Of a stretch of 63,230 nt of DNA, positions 51,422 through 63,230 are shown one piece after another. Location of the stretch: NCBI GenBank assembly GCA_002633005.1, contig NMRA01000116.1, positions 691,291-754,520 of the forward strand. Direction: 5' to 3'. The notes below the pieces were generated by a model that searched no databases, had not been told where the DNA came from, and saw only the letters and a list, made by a program, of their open reading frames with translations. Each line of letters starts with the position of its first letter. Positions within the stretch are counted from its first letter, which is position 1. The position numbers and the translations under genes were made by a program. This DNA is from Phoronis australis (taxonomy: Eukaryota > Animalia > Phoronida).

Positions 51422-51660
51422 AGGGAGATATTGTTGGGCAGTTTCCAAGATGCGTTTTCTTGCCACCCTCAAAATGAGGGCTGCATACTTTATGCTACCA
51501 AGTCGGAAAGAATTCACGAAGTCGGCCTTTGCTACCAGCTCTACTAATGTCTCTGACCCATGTTTAACGCAGTTCTTGATCCTTGGGAAACAGGTAGTAA
51601 CTAAATTTTTTATCTCGCTAACTGGTATTATAGCCAGGCACACAACACGTATAACCTCCC
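51422..51660 (-). pseudogene. Decayed THAP-domain coding sequence (transposon-derived)
   Basis: Minus-strand frame GGYTCCVPGYNTS*RDKKFSYYLFPKDQELR*TWVRDISRAG...VCSPHFEGGKKTHLGNCPTISP has the THAP signature (CCVxxC, FPKD, W, VCSxHF, PTI) with in-frame stops. Confidence 0.8.
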
Positions 51661-53250
51661 TGTGGCCGGTTCGCCCCCACGCTTGCCGACGTACTTGTTT
51701 ACCGGCTTAACCACAATGCAACATTCTGACCCATTTCCAATATGGCGGCGTTGCAACTCCGTTAGTCAAGGACAGGTCTGGTGGAATCGGGCCAATACAA
51801 GATTATTCTATTTTTCTCCAAATGCGATTGTTTCCATTCTCTACAATGACTTGCCATGCTTCTCACTTTTCAAAAATATTTATGGACATTATAACGTTCA
51901 CTTTGCTCGACGGGACGAGCGCTGCGTCGGGGTCTGACGCTAATTTCCCAACCCCGGTTTATCACAGGTATTCAGTTTTTGGGCAAAACATTCCCCTTCA
52001 TACTTGGTGGTTATGAATCATTAAGATAATTATTTCATTCAAGCTCGGAGTTGCTCTAACGAACACAATACCTGCTTTGTGCGTTCCTTTGACCAATTCT
52101 AGCGAATTCTTCAGACACAAAAGCAAAATTTCCCTTGTGGTTCACTAGACACCAGTTTCCACGAAACTTCTTGTAAACTCATTCCAAATTTAAGTTCAGA
52201 CTCCATTGAACCATCAATGATAATTTTATTAGACTTGATATTTTTTAAGCATCGACTCCACTTCCCCCACTGGAACGTCGTCTTCCGAACCCAAAATTAG
52301 TAAATCCCCACGGTGATACTATTTTGTTAGAGGTGCAAAAAGTAACAGTGTATACGATTTATAGGATAAAGTATTTTGATCCCTTACAAGAAACTTAAAA
52401 ACCTACAGTATTCTGGGTGAATGATGTCAGTAGAGTATTCGACGCAGCTCTCGTCTAATTTTTCATCTCAAGAAAAAGATTTTTGACGAGCGGCAACCCG
52501 TGGCACGTGTTTCTAGACACCAAATTGTGAGTTGAAACGATTATTCGCTCATAAAGAATGAAACTGACTTTGTAAAGGACGTACTTCGCAGACCTCGGCA
52601 GGTGTTCAGGTTTCAACGGTAGACTGCCATTTGAGCACAAATTTCACTTTGGATACGAGGTTGAATCATCTAGGCAGAGCAGGTTAATTTGGGATGGAGA
52701 AGTATTTGGGCTTCAGGCATCATGAAAAACACATTTTTAGTAATATTTCGGGTATGTGTTTTCACCGCAGTCAGACTGTCGCTTATGTAGTGGAGGAGGC
52801 CTAGTGCGTTAATGTCATTTGGAATTAGGTGTTCTCATATACATACATACCTTTGTGTCGCATAGGTATCTTCATTAACATGCCGTTGGAGACATACATT
52901 AATCGTGTGTTCGGTGAGAACGGATAAGAAAGCGACTAAATACTTTGCATGAAAACGTCATTAAGTGTTTGATGATTATGGTTTGTGACGATACATTACA
53001 CTGACTGTGTGTCCAGTAAAGTACTTTGCAGTATGTATTAGAAATCGTCAACATAAACCATACTTTTTAATTACGTTCTATATTGATACCCAAACACATA
53101 AAAAATTATTGAACAGACAAGAATATGAAAACATGACATTTGAAGTTCACATTGGCAAACACAACTTAGCTTACTATTAATGTATCTTACTTTTTTGCTA
53201 AGTTTTACTAAGAACACGGTCACGTATCCGAAAGAAAGTACGCAATAGTA

Positions 53251-53413
53251 CCGTATTGCCGCACGTTTAGGCCCATGAAGCAATATCCGATATAATACCT
53301 TTTTCGTGGCCTTTTTTATCCAAATGGTTCGCATATTAGCGCATGTGCCTACGTTTCGCATATAAGCGCAGTTCCGCGCGGACGTCCATAGGCCGAATGC
53401 CGCGGCAATACTG
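53251..53413. mobile_element. Tc1/mariner-pogo-like MITE
   Basis: TA|CCGTATTGCCGC...GGCCCATG inverted to CATAGGCC...GCGGCAATACTG. Right TA site is mutated. Confidence 0.45.
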
Positions 53414-55837
53414 TGAAAAGTCAAAAAGACAAAAATCTAACAACTCTACACGTTGTCTGCTTTTAGAAAATATGTACTTTTACTGAGTTAAAAAATAGTT
53501 TTACACAGTGTTACTTTCTATAGTTTTGTGGGTAAATATGCACACTTGCCGATAAGGGCCTAACTAAGTTTTTTACATTTCCAATTCAGTATGTACCTCG
53601 ATAAAAACGTACTTTCGACTTGGTATTTCCTAGTCCCGATGAACGAAATTATCGCAGTAACAGATGTCACCGGAGAACCGAGACAGACGATTGTGCACTA
53701 TCTAAGCCGCTTACCAAAACACGTTTGGACCACGGCACAGACATGTTTCACGTGCGACTCTCCAGCCTCGTCACAAGAGTGGAAAAAAACAATAGAGAAA
53801 CAAATAGCTGACCCAAGTGAGTACTGCCCTAGAGTAGATCAATAATAATATAGCACTTGCTCTTGCATTTTGAATTTTTTGATTTCAACAAACCATACAT
53901 CTAACGCAGAAACGGATGGCGACTGTTTCAGTTCGAAACGCTGTAGGGCGCATTGATCAATTGAAACTGCGAATTTGTCACATGTAACCCAGATTCATTA
54001 AATCTATATTATCCAGGAGATATTACGAATTTTTTCACCAATATAAAATACAAACAACAAACCAATAAATAATCGCATTGATTCCATACCATATTTCCAT
54101 AGAAAGAGCGACTGCCAACAACGTAGTACCCGCGCAGTGATTTTTTATATATTTCTTACTCAAATTACACGATGAACTTTTGACTGTTGGTTCATTTTTA
54201 AAATTTAATAGAATTCAACCGTCCACAAAACCTCCTTGTGTTCGTAAATCCCAGCAGTGGCGGGGGACGTAAGTCTGAAGAAACTTTCAAGCAGCAAGTC
54301 TTGCCTTTGTTGGAACTGGCCTCAATACGCAGTGACGTCATTGGTGAGTAGCTCGCAACAGCTTACATTTTCAAAAGGCTTGTGAAGCATATTGTTTTCC
54401 AAAAATACACATGCGTTGTTTTGAGAAGACAAATCGGGAATGCGATAATCTCTGAAGCGCTGATAATCTCTTAGGTAAACATTTAGGTTAAAATTCAGAG
54501 TTCACCTCTTAAACATTAGCGTGTAAGCATGTCTTGCAGTTCATTGCAGTTTGAGCTATTACCAGCATACATAAAATTACGCATCGTGTATTCGTGCTGT
54601 TAGCGAATGTTCACATAATGTCTCGCAATCAGCTAAAATTGTCGTATTTATTCCATCAATAATCATTTCAGGATTTGACAATACTTCTGAATTATATGTT
54701 TTATTAATATGGAATTATATTTATTGTGATCTAGTAACCGACAGAGGGGGACAAGCAGAAGAAATTTTACAGACGTATAACCTCGAATCAATCGACGGGT
54801 AATATCTCACTACTACAACCTGCTTTGAGGTCAAATAAATTGACTTTTGATCTACACTACTTTATGTTATATAAAGACTCTCAACTTGCTCCTGATAAGT
54901 GGTTTATGGCCTTTAAAATGGAACTGAAATTTCGTAATATAATGCTAGCCACCGTGTTCGACACAGGAATTGGTCTGCTGTGACAAACCAACTTGCAGGC
55001 GTCAAGGTCAAAATCTCAGATTTAAGTAAGGCACAAGTCATTAGAGTATATGGTCAAAATCAAAAGTTACTTTTTGGCGGAAGGCAGGCTTATACCAGTC
55101 TATTGCACTTTAGTTATTTATTCGTATATTTGTTAAATGTTTAGTCCTCCTTCTCACGGAATAATCGTTTGCTGCTCAAAGAATAAATCAACCTGTAATG
55201 GTAGAAATAATTAGACACACCGACTTATTACATTAACAAATGTTTCTCATTGAAAGATAAGAATAATCAAATCACTTCTGAACGTTTCGAAAATGTTGCG
55301 TCTGAGTTTTTTGTTTCGGCTTTGTAACCGTTGGTGGTTCTACCAGGTAAATTTGAATGGCAGTGTTTAGGTGTTGATTTTGGAGTATATAGATGACGTA
55401 CCCATAAATTGTGTTCCAGGATTCTTTGCGTAGGAGGCGACGGCACTTTTAGCCAAGTGGCCAACGGTCTACTTCGTCGGACTATAAAAGATAACGACAT
55501 TGATATCAATCAGAAAGGCGTACAATGTCCGAAGCCAAAGGTCCGTATCGCCCAGATACCATCAGGTACTTAACCACAAGTTAGTGAGAGACGGCAGGCA
55601 ACGTGTGCTTCGCATACTATAAAACATACGCAATAAACCATGGTTACTTGACTCAACTTTCGTGTGTCAGCTAACATACAGAAGTCACTCAATAAGGCGA
55701 TGGATGAAAAATAAAAACAATTGCAGGCGGTCTGATACACGTTGTACCCGACGTGCGCAGGCCTCGCATGTGGGCCCATTGCACTGATCACCTGGAAATA
55801 TTTTTATGCTTTATTAATATATGGTTAAAACCGATCT

Positions 55838-55949
55838 GAGGAGGTAGAAACCTGGCTCAAGGGTTTAGCAGTGTGACCTGGTGGGACTCGAACCCACGAC
55901 CTCGAGTAAAGAAAGCGGGCACTTATCAACCAGGCCACACTGCCTCCTC
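55838..55949 (-). mobile_element. tRNA-derived SINE head / pseudo-tRNA
   Basis: Minus strand GCAGTGTGGCCTGGTTG (A box) ... GGTTCGAGTCCC (B box). No canonical anticodon arm seen. Confidence 0.5.
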
Positions 55950-56393
55950 GATGGATGATATCGCCATTGACATTATTTTAACATACAGTATCATACCTCA
56001 AATAATCCGCCACTTACGGCACCAAGGCGAAGGGATATTCGAGATATACTGAATATTCAACAAATTGTAACTGTTCAAACATAAATATTTCACGAAAACG
56101 AACGAAATCTAAATCTTTAGATCCTTACTTTGACAAAGTTAGCGGCATAATTTGTTTTCAGGGTGGTCCAAAAAGCGATCTGTTTTATATTCTGTTCTGA
56201 ATTTGTGCTTTACAAGATTTACCATTACTTTCTTAGTGTTTTAGTAGACACTGATCAGGTATGAGAAGTTCTTTTGACACCAAATGAAATAGATAATACA
56301 CTAAGAAACAGCGAATCAAATTCGTGAAGATCTATTTTACCCAAAATCACTCTGCTAGGCCCTTGAATAATGTCTCTAGCTTCTCAGAGAAAA

Positions 56394-59300
56394 ATGGTCC
56401 CAGGTGAGCAGTTCAGTGATCTTACCTGAGCGGCCTATGCACGACTGGTACAACGTGTACCAGACTGCCTGCAATTCTTTTTAATACATGGGAGATCTAG
56501 AAGAAAGATATCGGTATTTGCATCATTTCCAGTTTCAAAAAATTATGACCACTCAAGTTCGGTCTAGTTCTTCTGTCAGGTGCATGTCTTAGAGTCAGAA
56601 CTATAATTTGGTGAAAAGGTAGACCTAAAAGATTTGCATCCCCTACTGCTTAATTAGTGAGAAGCCAATTCGATCCACAGCAGTGTCGAACAATTTGGGA
56701 GTATTTTTAGACTACCCTGTAGAAGTACTTTTTCTATCGTAGGCTCGGCTGATGTTTATAGCGAGTTCTTCTCGATAGGAACAAGGGATGCTGCGACAGC
56801 AGCTCTTCATGTGATACTGGGTGAGTTGAACTGCACAGAACAGTCACATTTTTCTATATCATATATTACGGGCGAATAGAAATTTGTCACTGGCCCTCAA
56901 CAAGCCAGTGGGTGAGCCTCGGATGATAATTCTTCAGAGTTTTCGAGTAAGTGTGGAGGCTATTGTATTTTCAAATACTAAACTGAATAGATATTGATGT
57001 ACAGAGCGGAAATTTTCGGCCGTGGTATTTGGTAACCATATTGTGTAGGGCCAAAATATTACGAGTTATCTTACTGAAATGAATAGAACACGACTCTGAC
57101 GAAGCATTGGGAAAAACCCTAGGATATAAAGTAGTTAAAAACGAGTTTTTTAAAATTATTCATTAAAAGTTTTAAAAATAAGTTGGTTTGGCTTTACCAG
57201 GATATTTGTTGTATTTACATGAAGCAGTCGGAAACATATCTAGCTGGTTAAGTTGGCATTCACTCTGTTGCGGCTACACACGAACTTAGGCAAACAAGGT
57301 TTGTCTCCATGTCTCTTTTGAAGGTGACGAGATGTCGGCTGATGTTATTTCGCTCCATCAACAGGGTGAACTCGTGTGCTTCACCCTTCTTTTGCTTTCA
57401 TACGGAGCCATAGGGGACATGTTATCTTACACGGAATCCAAATTTCTTCGCTGGTTTGGTCCGTTGCGGTATTTGTACGGCGGTAAGACAACTACCTGAC
57501 TTCCATCATTAAATGTACAGTTTATAAAGCCCATTATTAGCTCGTTGCAACCCTTCTTTCATTCAAGTCTCACTAAGGTTTGCTCAAACCTTTTTAGTGA
57601 CCTTCACTCGTATACCAAAAAACTAGGCTTTGTCAACTATTAAAATTGTTTTATATTTATGCATCATTATTATTATCATTATTGTTATTATTATTATCAA
57701 CATCATCATCATCATCACCATAATTATCATTGTTCTTATCATCATCATAATCATCATCATCATAATCATCATCATCACCATTATTATTACGTTAACACTT
57801 CTTAAAGTCTTGACTTCCATTTTCCAGCTAATCGTCGGTTTTTCATGTAGTCGCATTGTTTGTCTATCATGGAGACTATTATCGGTGCAAAATTTTCATT
57901 GGCTAATTATCTCAAGTCAGTAACACTATAGACTATAGTACATGGACCGCCAACTCCGTATACTTTCAATGGACGAAATCTGTGATCTTACGCATAAGCC
58001 CTTACGTCATTATTCACTAGCGACACCTGGCTAAATTGTCTGGTGCAATTTCCGGCAAGTACGTCGTCTATAATCTATGGTAACACCTGTCTCTCTTACT
58101 TTGGCATCCCAACCTCTTTGGAGCGTAAGCTTCAGCCAGATTTTCTTTACATCAGTATCAACCAATGGGCAGTCTACCAAACCACTTATGAGAACGCATT
58201 AAGTCATGTTTGGTCACATTAGATGACCTATCCTTTAAACTTTTTTACATTCTCCTTCAAACTTAAACACCAGCATTATAAAAAAAAATTAATACACCTG
58301 TTAGCAATGAACACACGTTTTCGTATTTCTAAGAGTACCAGACCATCGCTATTCCACCCCGGTGTTGCTGAACAAGACATTTGATTCTGCCGATTTCGAA
58401 GAAGCTTAGAATTGGCAGGAGCCGTTGTTTTGCTCAGCAGCATTGCCCTGTACACAGTGCATCCAAGCTACATTTTCGTGTCATCCGTACATCGATTGTC
58501 CTTTTAAAATTTTATTCTTACTTTTAATTTGTATGCCTGTGTGGCATTGTTAGTCTTTGCCCAGTGTGCATTATATTGCGTTTTATCTTATATTATTGAT
58601 TTTGTGGTTAATCGATTTTAAATCAATCAAACAGTCAAAATCCAATCACGAATTCTCCTAAACGATATTTACCATCATATTCCATTTTTATTTACCTTTA
58701 ACATCTTAGTCACAAATGATTGAAACACATGTTGTCTACAGAGATATTGAATTATCACCAATTGCATATTTTAGCCCTTATGTTTATCTCAATTTAGTTT
58801 CACGCTCAATATTGCAAAAACGGCAATTTCATGCTCACATTGAATACACCGCTGACAAATCGTACAAAGGCACGGAGAAGACGCCGTATGAAAACGAGTT
58901 CCCGTACAGACCTCTTCCAAGACTTTTGGATGGCGACGAGCACACCTACAATCCAGTGACAGGTAACAGTATGTGACAGGTAACAACATGTGACAGGTAA
59001 CAGCATGTGACAGGTAACAGCAAGTGATCGACTGAGTGAGAAATGCGTTGGGCGTTGCTAATATGACATCAAAAACAAACGATCGTTTTTTTCATTTGAT
59101 TACGACAGGTTGTATATCAGCATCCAAGGCATTAGAGGTAATCTAGCGCGTGCGTCTTATGCTCTCAACGCAACACTTGAGTACTTCCCATCTTATACCC
59201 GAATAGCTATGGAGACATTATCATTTATTCTTTCTGGGAGACACTTGCCTTTGCTTTATCAATCCTTATTTCGTTAAAACCGAAGTGCGTTCTGCCAAAA

Positions 59301-60289
59301 AACTTACCTTTGACTAAGACCACTTCCCGATTCAAAACTGGTCCCAACTTGTTTCTAACAAACAATTAATTGTTAGTTCGTTATTGCGTGAGAGAATGCT
59401 CGTAAAAGGCCAACCCGTAGGACCAGCATCCGGCTAGGACCTCGCTAAAAAGCAAGACTTCGCGAGATTACGGGAGACATTGCCGTGTAATTTAAATGAG
59501 AACACGTGACTTTGGCTAGATTTTAACTAGGTCCTTTGAAGCCCATAAATTAGTCTTAGGGATTTGACGCAGTTTTAAGGACATATAGTTGGTTTTTTTC
59601 CTGTTTTGATATTTTAGTTTCATTGCGTACACCACATCTGCAAAAAATATTTGTGCTAGACAATTCATGTGGCTTTCCGAGTAAAGGAGTCGATACTGTA
59701 AGGACCTTAAAATACTGAAACGAGGCACGCAACAACATCTTGTAGATATAGACATCTAACAGTTCGAAATAGAACCGTTTAAATATTAACGAGCAAAGGA
59801 AGTCGTATCAAATGTAAAAGTAACGTGCAACTAAGCCACGTGGCAATGCTTTCGATACTGATATGAGGCCTAGGTATAATTGTCACGCTTTTTCGTCTAA
59901 AAATACCACACGCAGGAACATCACTTCGAGAAATAGAACTGTAACGAAAATCCCCGGTGTACATCATAAGTTCACCTACAGACTGCTTTTTCAACACTGG
60001 TCCCAGACGAGCGAACTTTGACTAAAGATGGTAATAACAACCAATTTTGCTTTCAGGTGTACAGACACTCAGTGGAACACTACAAGACTTTGTATTGTTT
60101 CCTATTGGTCCGAAAGCCAAAGTTGTCTTAACGGACCCAAGACGGCTTCCCGTGAGGGTCAAAGAATACATGGGGAATGGAATAATAGGCCTGGGCCGAA
60201 TTGGCCAGTGTACAAGAGGCGACATGGTCACATTTGTCAAGAATTACATTATGGAGATTGATGGAATAGAGGTATTTGATGATAATTGA
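56394..60289 (+). CDS. Putative 161-aa protein of unknown function, 4 exons (56394-56403, 56743-56820, 58798-58962, 60057-60289)
   Basis: AAAATGGTCCCAG|GTGAGC; TTTTTCTATCGTAG|...GG|GTGAGT; TTTATCTCAATTTAG|...ACAG|GTAACA; TTTTGCTTTCAG|...TGA. All three introns are phase 1 and join into one 486-nt stop-free frame. No recognised homolog; the first two exons are weakest. Confidence 0.4.
57660..57790. repeat. (ATC/ATT)n trinucleotide microsatellite
   Basis: Mixed CAT/TAT/ATC run that produces the spurious poly-Ile and poly-Met ORFs. Confidence 0.9.
57927..58079. mobile_element. P-element-type MITE with 7-bp TSD GTAACAC
   Basis: GTAACAC|TATAGACTATAG ... CTATAATCTATG|GTAACAC. Termini resemble CATAGA...TCTATG. 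Confidence 0.6.
58956..59027. repeat. 17-bp tandem repeat x4 (GTGACAGGTAACAGCAT)
   Basis: Four near-identical consecutive units seen directly. Confidence 0.9.
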
Positions 60290-63230
60290 ACTCCAAAGTT
60301 GTGTTCACACCAACTGAACTGAGTTAACCTATAACTTTTCACCATTATAACTGCTGAGTAATTGCTGATAGCCTTGAGTTGTTATGACCTAAGTTGGTGG
60401 TTTAAGTGACTATAGACCTTACTCACCTCAGTGCTATGTGGTCCACACTGGGCTTAAGTCGGCAAAGGGTTACAAATTATACAATTGCGATAATCGCTCA
60501 CATCGGGTTGCACTCGGTACGAGCAACTACTCTTTTAAGATCCGATAAAGAATTGTAAATGTGCTGCAGTTTGAACTTTTACAACTGCTTTTATCACTTC
60601 TTTAAATTTGCGTTGAATTTGATTTTTGAGGTTTCAAATCTATTGAGGATAATCTGAGGATAATATATTGAACAACACTTATCAGCTAGACAGTGCGGAC
60701 TCTAGACAATGAACCCCACCCCACCGTCGCTGCGGGTAGTCTCCCTCATTCTACGGAAATCTCCACTAGCTAATAATTGTTGTTGAACGTGTTGCAGTAC
60801 TACTTTTCCAACTTTATCGAGGCCTCGGACGAACTTAGAATCACCATCACACCAGACGGACCGGAAGAAGATGCGCTGTTTTTCCAGAGTGATGGTGAAT
60901 GTTACTACTTAAAGAAACCACTCTCACTGAACGTTAGGTGAGTAAAGGTCTAAGTACGCCAATTTAAGGTATAGATGGAACAATACCAAGAATTAAACTT
61001 CTTCTTTCTGAACACTAATTGTGAACCCACGAAACTGTTAATTCCATGCAATGAGAGTAGCGAGAATAGCGTTTACATCAAGACTAACCTAGGCGGGGGT
61101 CCCTTACACAGACCACTCAAGCAGCAAGTCCAGCCTATTTGCCCGAGTTACCTAAGCGTGTAAATCTATACAATTGTTAGGAAGTATTGCACCTTGTTTC
61201 CACCATGTTAGATTCGGTTCATTGCATTGGAAACGACGGGGTATGGTAATGCGCTATCTGCCGATGATTAGGGTGAGCGATGCGTAATAAGTTATGCCCA
61301 AAATTTTGCCACCGCAAGAACTGTGCCTTGTTGTCTTTACAAAAATGAAAACCTGGATGTAGAGATATTGTCTTTGCATTTATGAGTTGATACACAGAGA
61401 GATAGAGAGAGTGTCTCTATATGTATGACTGGACGAGTTGTTGTAATTGTGACGCTTGGTACCTCAGTAAATTGTTCACTGAGTTATCGTATTGGACACG
61501 GTTGTAACTTCGATCCTTATACAAGTTCCAAAATAAAACGCGCAGCCTATGATATTTGTCACTGCAAGTTCACAGTGGTTCTTACGAACTGTTACACCCG
61601 AGACTTTATGTTCATGTAACGTTATGCGTTTACTATTTTCCCAGAATGCACCATCAAAGTTTAAGAATATTTTCCCGTGGATTGGAAGAAGAGGCATAAA
61701 GCAACTACGGAACAGTAAGGTTCATGACGTCACTAAAGCAACCCGCGTTGGGTTCAGTGAAGGCCTGACTTGAACACACTGGCACGGACGAGCAGCAAAA
61801 CTTCTGCCATGACATCATCAGTATTACATATATTTACTAAAGATGTCAATTACTCCAATTGTAATCGAATCGTGAAAGCGGGGGGGAGGGTCAACCGATT
61901 TCGACACGATATGACGATACGCCGCAAGGTTCATTTCGTTTCCTTTCACTGTTAGGAGTCTTACAAAGGTACGACTTATTCATTTGTGTCTTTTGAAGCG
62001 TCTTGAGTTACTGAACACTGAAAAACAGCTGAAGGCCTCGTTCATTTTGGTGGAATGTTATCATATCTAACGAATTTGGTGCTAAAATTGGTACGAGTAG
62101 TAAGGTAGAAATGAAAGAACAATTTCGAGACCACATTGATAACGATGTCCGGAAGTGGTCTAATCAAACGTTTTTTCTGACACGAGACAAGTTATAGCAC
62201 GAAATTCTTTACACAAAGGTGGGTATTTTACATTTGAGTGCTACTGTAGTAATTATTTTCTTGTGATAACTTTGATCAACATTCAGGGATCGCTTTGAAA
62301 TATTTTTTTAAGTTATTGATATTTAACAATGGCATTTATTCGAAATCTTTACTTAACAATGTAAATAATAATAATAACAACAGGCATAAAAATCGTCATC
62401 ATTACGTCCGACTAGCCTCAGTATCTGCATAAAAACAAGGTGCCACATCTCAGCCAGTCAACAGAAAACAACTGTAAGGATGATTGTATTCCCCAGGTTG
62501 TTTCATTCAGTAACCATTAACTGTGGACCACCTCGGTTGCACGCTGCGGAATTAGGTTGGTCACTATCTTCGCAACACATTTTCTCTGTAAAAGCCTGGT
62601 TGGTTGCCCGCCGGCCAATAGGTAGCGCACACAACTGTCACCGTCCGACCTCCTTCCTGTCGTTGGCCACAACCTATTCCAAACAACTCGCTGCTTTTCC
62701 AAACGACAGAGGTAAAATGGCTTGTTACTAGAATTAGAAAAACATCGAATGCGGTTAATGACAATATTTTGAATTTTGGAATTATAATGGCTTAGATACT
62801 TGAAAAAATCTGTTGTAGTCTTGCAGACATAAAGAGAAGAGTGATTAAGCCAAAAAGCAGGTCTCAGTGAGACTAAAAATACCAAAAAGCGAAGACCAGG
62901 CAAAGAAATACATTTGTAAAGTCTGCGATTTGTTTTCCTCAAATAATAAAAATACTAATTAAAGTTTCAAATCTTTCTTTACTTAGCTTTGCTTAGTAAA
63001 AACTACAAACGGACGGTGATGATTATCAGTTTATGCTGTTTAATAAATGCTGTGGTTACGTCTCGTCCATTCTCTCAACACCGTAATGTCCAGCCGACGA
63101 CTGAAGGAATCATGATGTAAACCTGGCGAAAAAGTCTGACCAAGTCTTATGAGTCAACACCAGACGTGAAGAGGTCAGAAAATAAGAAACTTCTCGGAAA
63201 ATTGTCACATTTAATAGTAAAAATGTTATC

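Noticed and set aside
57623-57923. Poly-Ile / poly-Met ORFs
   Set aside because: Translation of a trinucleotide microsatellite.

Overview
AT-rich, repeat-dense genomic DNA from a eukaryote, apparently an invertebrate animal (inferred from spliceosomal introns and the transposon families). It has two assembly gaps (13474-13605, 23645-23797). One host gene is well supported: a two-coding-exon alpha-1,3-fucosyltransferase (GT10), whose membrane-anchor exon (37353-37455) is spliced across a 9.1-kb intron to the catalytic exon (46600-47618). A second, speculative small four-exon gene may lie at 56.4-60.3 kb. Most of the rest is layered transposon debris: MULE (CaRF-like), hAT-like, Kolobok, Harbinger, Academ, P-type, THAP, LINE, SINE and a solo LTR. 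Two items stand out. (1) A 4.15-kb CAC...GTG element with a 5-bp TSD in the fucosyltransferase intron carries a decayed RAG1-N/Chapaev-like domain and a convergent C2H2 zinc-finger exon. (2) A solo LTR with a cluster of heat-shock elements is nested in an Academ element, which is itself nested in a Harbinger-like element. All family assignments are by eye and need database confirmation.
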